Assembly (NCBI GenBank): GCA_945873085.1
Contig: CAMCCR010000001.1
Location: 748 to 64,747, forward strand
Source of the DNA: Candidatus Kuenenia stuttgartensis
Lineage (GTDB): Bacteria > Planctomycetota > Planctomycetia > Pirellulales > UBA1268
Reading direction: 5' to 3'
DNA length: 64,000 bases
Position 1 is the stretch's first letter, and every line of letters starts with the position of its first letter. This document shows positions 58,504-64,000 of this stretch, piece by piece. Under the pieces are notes generated by a model. It ran no database searches. It saw nothing but the letters and a program-made list of their open reading frames with translations, and had not been told where the DNA came from. The position numbers and the translations under genes are program-made.

Positions 58504-60276
58504 TCACTGTTCGTACCGGAAAACCCAGGCGTGGTCAACGCCCTCGCGGACGGCCGTGGCGGCGGCGAGGAGTGCGGGGCCCTCAGCCCCCAAAAGCCCG
58601 GTCACCATCCGGGCCCGCTTTCCAGCGTCAGCCTCGGCCCCGAAGACCGTCAGCATCGTGTCGTAGGCGGTCAGTGCCCCCCCTGTGAGGACGGGGCGGC
58701 GGTCGAAGTCCATGTCGTCGAGCACCGTTCTGGCCCGGGCCAGGTCGAGCTCATGGATGAGGGCATCCAAACGGGGGGCCGCTGTACCGAACAACGCCAC
58801 AGAGGCCGACCGGCGCGTCGCGGCGGGGGTCGTCGCATCGAGGGCAGAAAGCACCTTCACGAGCGATTCCAGCGGCCTGACGGCGACATCCTCCTCCGAA
58901 AGTCCGCAGCGATCGAGCATGCCGCGCCGAAGGGCGGCCCGCTCGTCGTCGAGCGGCGCCGACAACCCGCGAACGAGATCCTCAAACCACTCCTGCCCCA
59001 CTTGGCCGAACAGGGCTCCGGTCGCCGCCGGACGGGCTGCGGGGGGCTGGAGGCGGGCCAGTGCACTGACGACCTTCGCGAGCGGCACGAGGCTCGGCGG
59101 AGCATCGCGATCGACCGCACCGGCAGCCTTCACGGCAGCCGGTGGATCGAGGATCTCCTCCCACGTGAGCCCCAGTTGCTCGAGACCCTCGCGGGGCGCC
59201 GAGGCGGTCAGTCGCCCGCGTCCGAGGGCTTCGAGCACCCGGTTGCCGATCGTCCGGCGCTCATACATGCCAGCATGCCCGACACTCATCTCCTCACTCA
59301 GGCTGGTGGAATCGTCGCCGGGCCGCCAGAAGTCGAGCCGCAGACTCTCCAGCGCGTGCTCCTCGCCGGACACCGGCACCGAGTCGGCCGCGAACGTGGC
59401 ATCAGCCCGCGTCCGCCAGCGAATGGCGTTGGTGAGACCACGAACGTAGATCGAGAAGTAATCGATGCGCGGATCGACATCTTCCCACACGGCCACCCCC
59501 CAACGCTCCTCGCCGGGGGCGAGGTCGCGTTCCGTCATCCGGGCGCTGTCGTGAAGATCGATGCGGGTGTCCTCGCGTTCGCGGATCGCGGCCACCGCGG
59601 CCGGCACGACTCGATCGAGATAGGCGCGGTAGGCCAAGGCCCCCTCCTGCTTGGAGAGCCCCTCGACACTCTCGAGAACGAAGTGGGGGAGGAACCGCAC
59701 CGGCTTTTTCACCGTCTCGCTGCGCAGCCGGGTTGCGTCCCCTTCCGCCATCACGATCCGACGGGCGCCGGTGTTCTTCACCCGATACAGGAGATACCAG
59801 ACGCGCTTCCGCTGCATGCGGAACTCGCGGGTCGGGACATCGACGTCGATCTGACGCGGAGGCTTGAAGGAGAACTCCAGGCACCAGATGTCGCGGGGGA
59901 AGTCGCGATTGCGCCCCTGCTCGACAAGGGTGGCCCCGAGCGGCGACTGCTTCGGCTCCCAGGCAAGGTCGATGAGCCCTTCGGTGATCTCGGGAAGATC
60001 GGCGCGGAGGAGGGCATCGTCGCCAGACCGATCGGCCGGGATGACGGTGAGCACTCCGGGCGCCAGTCGCCGGAAACCGGTCGGCTCCACCGCGGAGGCA
60101 GGCAGGCTCGCGGCCACGGCCGAGGCGACCGCGACGAGGGCCGCGATCCCGATTCGGCGCAAGGCCCGTCGGCGCTCCTTGGCCACCACGCTGGTGGGGG
60201 CGAGCCTCACGGGGCGCGGGGCGCCGGAGGTCGTCGTTGTGGGCGTGTCATCCGCTGCCGGCGGCAGGCTAGCCAT
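58504..60276 (-). CDS. exported hypothetical protein (590 aa)
   Basis: Start at ATG 60276 (MASLPPAADD). A basic stretch and hydrophobic helix (RRRALRRIGIAALVAVASAVAASLPASA) suggest a signal or anchor. Balanced amino-acid composition, unlike the Arg/Gly/His-rich opposite-strand ORF 58348..60330. The C-terminal third has an internal duplication. No family recognised. Confidence 0.75.
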   Translation of the reverse strand: MASLPPAADDTPTTTTSGAPRPVRLAPTSVVAKERRRALRRIGIAALVAVASAVAASLPASAVEPTGFRRLAPGVLTVIPADRSGDDALLRADLPEITEGLIDLAWEPKQSPLGATLVEQGRNRDFPRDIWCLEFSFKPPRQIDVDVPTREFRMQRKRVWYLLYRVKNTGARRIVMAEGDATRLRSETVKKPVRFLPHFVLESVEGLSKQEGALAYRAYLDRVVPAAVAAIREREDTRIDLHDSARMTERDLAPGEERWGVAVWEDVDPRIDYFSIYVRGLTNAIRWRTRADATFAADSVPVSGEEHALESLRLDFWRPGDDSTSLSEEMSVGHAGMYERRTIGNRVLEALGRGRLTASAPREGLEQLGLTWEEILDPPAAVKAAGAVDRDAPPSLVPLAKVVSALARLQPPAARPAATGALFGQVGQEWFEDLVRGLSAPLDDERAALRRGMLDRCGLSEEDVAVRPLESLVKVLSALDATTPAATRRSASVALFGTAAPRLDALIHELDLARARTVLDDMDFDRRPVLTGGALTAYDTMLTVFGAEADAGKRARMVTGLLGAEGPALLAAATAVREGVDHAWVFRYEQ

Positions 60277-60542
60277 AAGTCGAGTTCCCCGTGTTCCTTG
60301 TTTATCCCCCAGAAGATACGGAAACCCTGACTTTTCCTGCGAAAACACGGACAACCGGCCCAGCCGGCACATCTTTTCTTGCTTTCCCATTCAGCCCAGA
60401 TCATCATGCCGGAGTTCCGGGTGGGCTGTCCAGAAACTGGCCTCCCCTGCAATCACCTGCCGAATGACACTTCGGATGCGACGTGGCCGCCGGCCCCTTG
60501 GCGGAACGATTGCAGCGCACAATGCCTGAGGGCTGTTGCACG

Positions 60543-60848
60543 ATGCCCGTTACCGACCCCCTCGCTTCAGCCGCCACGACCGAAGGCGTCGACGCCCTCG
60601 GCCCGATGTTCCTTTCGGCCGAGGATTTCGACGCCACCGGGATTCTGGCCGGGGTCGAGCCGTGTGCCTCGAATTACTGGTGGATCCCCGAACTCCACCG
60701 GGGCGCGCCAGACATGTCGACGGTGGACGTCGAACTGACCGGGCCGCGATTCGAGAACGGACCGGGCCAGCGAGTGGTCACTGATCCGACGCCCGTCACC
60801 CGCCATCACGCAGCGCGGCGGACTTCCCGGCGGTCGACGGCGGCCTGA
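60543..60848 (+). CDS. possible hypothetical protein (101 aa)
   Basis: ATG 60543 (MPVTDPLASAATTEGVDALGPMFLSAEDFD...). GC3-rich codons and acidic composition look coding. Its 3' end overlaps the convergent parA by 43 nt. No family recognised. Confidence 0.35.
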   Translation: MPVTDPLASAATTEGVDALGPMFLSAEDFDATGILAGVEPCASNYWWIPELHRGAPDMSTVDVELTGPRFENGPGQRVVTDPTPVTRHHAARRTSRRSTAA

Positions 60849-61648
60849 ATCACTTCGCCGGCCAGCGCTGCGTAATCTTCGGCGCCGTGTGAATCAGGGG
60901 CGTAGTCGAAGATCGACTGACCGAAACTCGGTGCCTCGGCAAGCCGGATGTTGCGGCGGATCCTCGTGCGGAACACCCGCGCATTGGCCCACGCCGGGTG
61001 CCGATCGCGCCCCGATTCGAAAAACCCCTCGACATCGCGGGCCACCTCATTGGCAAGCCTGGTGGACGATTCGTACATGCAGAGGACGACTCCCAGGAGC
61101 CGAAGCCGTGGATTGACCCGATCAGCCACGAGTTCCATTGTTTCCAGGAGCTTCGAGAGTCCGTGGAGGGCGAGGAAGTGGGGCTGGAGCGGGAGGAGGA
61201 CCTCATCGACGCTTGCCATCGCATTGAGCGACAGGAGGCCGAGCGATGGCGGACAGTCGATGATCATCGCGTCGTGGCGAACCGCGTCCCCCTTCCCCTG
61301 ACAGGCGTCGTCAGCCTCGATCCGCTGCCGGAGGATCCCCTCGCGGCCGGGGCGGTTGGCCAAGGCCATCTCCACGGCGGAAAGATCGATGTGGGAGGGA
61401 ATGACATGGAGGCGTTCCGCCGCCGTGACGCGGGCTTCGGCAAGCGTTGCACCGCCGACGAGCACGTCGTAGGCGGAGAGCGGATGGAGCCCGGGTTGCA
61501 CTCCTGCATGGAGCGTGGCGTGGGCCTGTGGGTCGAGATCGACCAGGCAGACGTCCTGCCCCGCCCGGGCCAGCGCCACCGCGAGGTTCACCGATGTGGT
61601 CGTCTTGCCGACCCCACCCTTCTGATTGGCCACGGCGATCGAGCGCAT
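60806..61648 (-). CDS. parA: ParA/Soj family ATPase
   Basis: Deviant Walker A in MRSIAVANQKGGVGKTTTSVNLA, then LVDLDPQAHAT and IIDCPPSLGLLSLNA. No parB follows it. Confidence 0.9.
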   Translation of the reverse strand: MRSIAVANQKGGVGKTTTSVNLAVALARAGQDVCLVDLDPQAHATLHAGVQPGLHPLSAYDVLVGGATLAEARVTAAERLHVIPSHIDLSAVEMALANRPGREGILRQRIEADDACQGKGDAVRHDAMIIDCPPSLGLLSLNAMASVDEVLLPLQPHFLALHGLSKLLETMELVADRVNPRLRLLGVVLCMYESSTRLANEVARDVEGFFESGRDRHPAWANARVFRTRIRRNIRLAEAPSFGQSIFDYAPDSHGAEDYAALAGEVIQAAVDRREVRRAA

Positions 61649-61805
61649 AGGAGATAGCCTCTGGGGAGCCCAGTCCGGAAAGGGGACCGCGAAGCGTCCC
61701 CCGCCTGCCCAACCGGCCGTCCGGAGAGCGCAGGGGGATCGACATCCGTTCCACCGATTCGGCGGGAGGATAGGCTCCCGGAGGCGTGGTCAAAAGCCCG
61801 GTTTG

Positions 61806-61821
61806 GCCCCGCAAGCGGGGC
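61806..61821 (-). terminator. small GC hairpin 4 nt after the stop of the 206-aa membrane gene
   Basis: GCCCCG-CTTG-CGGGGC on the minus strand, followed about 10 nt later by CTTTTG. Weak evidence. Confidence 0.25.
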
Positions 61822-61825
61822 ACTT

Positions 61826-62446
61826 TCACGGTTGACGGCTCAACCACGTCGCCAACCCAGCGGCGATCCGCCCGAGGCCGATCCTGCCGGGGCGCCCCAC
61901 CATGGCCAGACTGCCGGCGGCTCCCTTCCCCTCCCCTGCCCCTCCCGACGCCTCGGCGAGGTCGATGACGAGCACCACCGGGGGCCGGCCCGTGGTGGGA
62001 TCGGCGAACACGAGGGCTCGGTCCCACGACTCCGCGGGGAGCCGGCCACTTTCGGCCGATGGCCCGGCCTGCCAGCGGAAATTATTGTCTTCAACGAGCC
62101 CCCGACGGAGGTGGACCAGCCCCGGAGCACCCGAGACGTCGGCACGCTCGATCGCCACAAGCACGCCCGGCTCAGCCCCTGGGCCCAAAGTCCAGAGCTC
62201 GACGACCGGCGCCGCCGTCACCATCCGCGCGGCACCAGGGCCGTAGAACGCAAGGCACCGCCGCGTCTGCCCCCGCTGGTACCAGATGCCGACCAGGCCA
62301 GCGGTCACTCCCAGAATGAGCAACCCGATGACGAGACGGGCCCCGGAGCCAACAGCCGCCGGGGGCGTGATGGATGAGCGCCCGGGAGCGGCAGGCGAAC
62401 CGGTGGGGGGCATGAAGAGGTCTCCGACGAGGAACATGTCAGACAT
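61826..62446 (-). CDS. hypothetical membrane-anchored protein
   Basis: Start at ATG 62446 (MSDMFLVGDLFMPP). One TM helix (LVIGLLILGVTAGLVGIWY) followed by a soluble domain. The upstream 102 codons of the track ORF overlap the divergent small gene and look non-coding. Confidence 0.65.
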   Translation of the reverse strand: MSDMFLVGDLFMPPTGSPAAPGRSSITPPAAVGSGARLVIGLLILGVTAGLVGIWYQRGQTRRCLAFYGPGAARMVTAAPVVELWTLGPGAEPGVLVAIERADVSGAPGLVHLRRGLVEDNNFRWQAGPSAESGRLPAESWDRALVFADPTTGRPPVVLVIDLAEASGGAGEGKGAAGSLAMVGRPGRIGLGRIAAGLATWLSRQP

Positions 62447-62512
62447 CAATGTATACTTCAGCACCGAGAGTCGATCCGTCCAAACCAGGACCACGTCCAG
62501 GAGCCTCGCTCG

Positions 62513-62740
62513 ATGCCCAACGCCTTCGATCCGTACCGCGAAGCGCTCGTCGTGGAACAGCACACGGAATGGCCCGAGGAGTACGAGGACTGGTCGGCGG
62601 CCGACAAGGCCAAGGCCGCTTCGCTGCTCCACGCCAGCCCCACCGAGGCGGCCGATCTGGACTATCTCCGTCAGCACTCCGGGTTCGCCCGCGTGATCCG
62701 CGTCACGGCGGATGACATCGAACGAGTGAGCGTCGCCTGA
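62513..62740 (+). CDS. small acidic hypothetical protein (75 aa)
   Basis: ATG start with strong GC3 bias: MPNAFDPYREALVVEQHTEWPEEYEDWSAADKAKAASLL. The stop lies 1 nt before the aroB GTG start. Confidence 0.6.
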   Translation: MPNAFDPYREALVVEQHTEWPEEYEDWSAADKAKAASLLHASPTEAADLDYLRQHSGFARVIRVTADDIERVSVA

Positions 62741-62741
62741 C

Positions 62742-63839
62742 GTGGCCCTCACCGTCGTTCCCGTCGAACTCGCCGAACGCTCCTACGAGATCACCATCGG
62801 CCCAGGCGTGCTCGCTTCGTCGGGATCTGCGCTCAAGGGAGCGGGCGCCCGCCGGGCCGTGATCATCGCCGACAACGGCGTTCTCGCGACGCACGCCGCC
62901 GCCATCGACGGATCGCTGCGGCACGCCGGGATCAGCACCCTCACGATCCCCGTCCCGCGGGGCGAGGCATCGAAGTCGGTGTCTGAGGCGGCGCGCCTGT
63001 GGGAGGCCCTTGCGGCGGCGAATGTCGACCGCGGCACCCATATCGTCGCCGTCGGGGGCGGGGTGGTGGGCGATCTGGCCGGCTTCGTCGCCGCCAGCTT
63101 CGCCCGCGGCTTGCCGGTCTGGCAGGTGCCGACCACGCTGGTGGCTCAGGTCGACTCGGCGATCGGCGGCAAGACCGGGATCAACCTCCACGGTGGCAAA
63201 AACCTCGTCGGCGCGTTCTGGCAACCGCGGGGAGTTCTGGCCGACACCGAAACCCTCGCCACGCTCCCACCCCGTGAGTACATCAGCGGGCTGGCGGAAG
63301 TGGTGAAGTACGGCATGATCCTTGACCGCCAATTCCTCGAACGACTCGAGAGCCGCGCTGGGGCGATCCTCGCCCGCGAGCCAGCCGACGTCGAGGCGAT
63401 CGTCATCCGATCGGCATCACTCAAGGCGTCGGTCGTCTCCCGCGACGAGCACGAACAGACCGGGCTCCGGGCGATCCTCAATTACGGCCACACCTTCGCC
63501 CACGCCTACGAAAACGCCCTCGGCTATGGCACGCTTCTTCACGGCGAGGCTGTCGCGATCGGCATGGCCGATGCCGCGGAACTCGCCGTCCGGCTCGGCC
63601 GGATCCCCGCCGAAATCGCCCGACGTCAGGACGCCCTCCTCACCGCCCTCCATCTGCCGGTGCGACTCCCTTCGGGCCCCAGGCCTTCGCCCGAGGAACT
63701 GGTGGCCCTGATGGCCCGCGACAAGAAGACCCTCCACGGCAAACTCCGGTTCATCCTCTCCAAGCAACTCGGCGAGGTCGAACTCGTCGAAGGGATCGAT
63801 CCCTCGGTCGTGCTCGACGTGCTCGCTCGGATAGCGTGA
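62742..63839 (+). CDS. aroB: 3-dehydroquinate synthase
   Basis: GTG start. GGGVVGDLAGFVAASFARGLPVWQVPTTLVAQVDSAIGGKTGINL, and the metal-site context LNYGHTFAHA / HGEAVAIG. Confidence 0.93.
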   Translation: MALTVVPVELAERSYEITIGPGVLASSGSALKGAGARRAVIIADNGVLATHAAAIDGSLRHAGISTLTIPVPRGEASKSVSEAARLWEALAAANVDRGTHIVAVGGGVVGDLAGFVAASFARGLPVWQVPTTLVAQVDSAIGGKTGINLHGGKNLVGAFWQPRGVLADTETLATLPPREYISGLAEVVKYGMILDRQFLERLESRAGAILAREPADVEAIVIRSASLKASVVSRDEHEQTGLRAILNYGHTFAHAYENALGYGTLLHGEAVAIGMADAAELAVRLGRIPAEIARRQDALLTALHLPVRLPSGPRPSPEELVALMARDKKTLHGKLRFILSKQLGEVELVEGIDPSVVLDVLARIA

Positions 63840-64000
63840 GCTTCGTGCCCCGAAGCGCCGCCGCACCGACGACGGCCCCCGCTCCGCGGCCACCAACGAC
63901 CGCGGGGGTGATGCAGGACCGCAAGGCCCCGCACCACCCCCGTCGGGTGTTGTCATTCGCAGAAGGAACGGCGATCAGCGCCAATCCTTCCCCGGCAGCT

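Noticed and set aside
58348-60330. 660-aa + ORF opposite the 590-aa unknown gene
   Set aside because: Neither strand has a known motif, so this call rests on composition. The + ORF is Arg/Gly/His/Glu-rich like the other shadows. The minus ORF has balanced residues, a signal or anchor segment, and sits in an operon-like position before rpmA.
63911-64000. Possible 5' end of a + strand gene (ATG 63911, MQDRKAPHHPRRVLSFAEG...) running off the right edge
   Set aside because: Only 30 codons are visible and there is no motif, which is too little to support a call. The minus-strand ORF 63751..63984 overlaps the aroB 3' end and looks spurious.
1-64000. CRISPR arrays, transposases, integrases, phage genes, toxin-antitoxin pairs or defence-system signatures
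   Set aside because: None seen. No spaced repeat arrays, no inverted terminal repeats, and no recognisable mobile-element or defence proteins. The only repeats found are the two short tandem duplications reported above.

Overview
The window is a high-GC bacterial chromosome segment, identified from conserved motifs recalled from memory because no database search was possible. It looks planctomycete-like: it carries a DUF1501 plus DUF1549/DUF1553 gene pair, Planctomycetes/Verrucomicrobia-type hypothetical proteins, and ribosomal proteins with long extensions.

Content is mostly core housekeeping:
- A truncated vWA membrane protein at the left edge that the ORF track misses, then a LysM protein.
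- yajC-secDF, tgt, ugd and gyrA.
- A translationally coupled cassette of two ArnT/PMT_2-like GT-C glycosyltransferases plus an ArnC/GtrB-like GT2.
- Glutathione peroxidase, pckA with two unknown membrane ORFs upstream, speA and a MATE transporter.
- A near-complete S10-spc-alpha ribosomal cluster (rpsJ to rplQ, 29.5-47.7 kb, minus strand) including secY, adk, map and rpoA.
- An ADH/SDR/lipase_3 trio and a stand-alone EF-G-family gene.
- argS-rsfS-coaX-obg-rpmA, a 590-aa exported unknown protein, an orphan parA, and aroB.

I found no rRNA, tRNA, CRISPR array, transposase or integrase. Many long ORFs in the track are antisense shadows typical of high-GC DNA and are rejected.

I do not see a convincing novel multi-gene system. 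The best leads are:
- The ~785-bp gene-free block upstream of rpsJ, which holds an orphan terminator-like hairpin.
- The unknown 590-aa protein sitting where rplU normally precedes rpmA.
- The pckA-coupled membrane ORFs.
- The GT-C/GT-C/GT2 cassette.
- Two perfect short tandem repeats.
- Several atypical features of the ribosomal cluster.

Start codons are uncertain in several genes because the track allows ATG, GTG and TTG. The alternatives are stated in the feature evidence.
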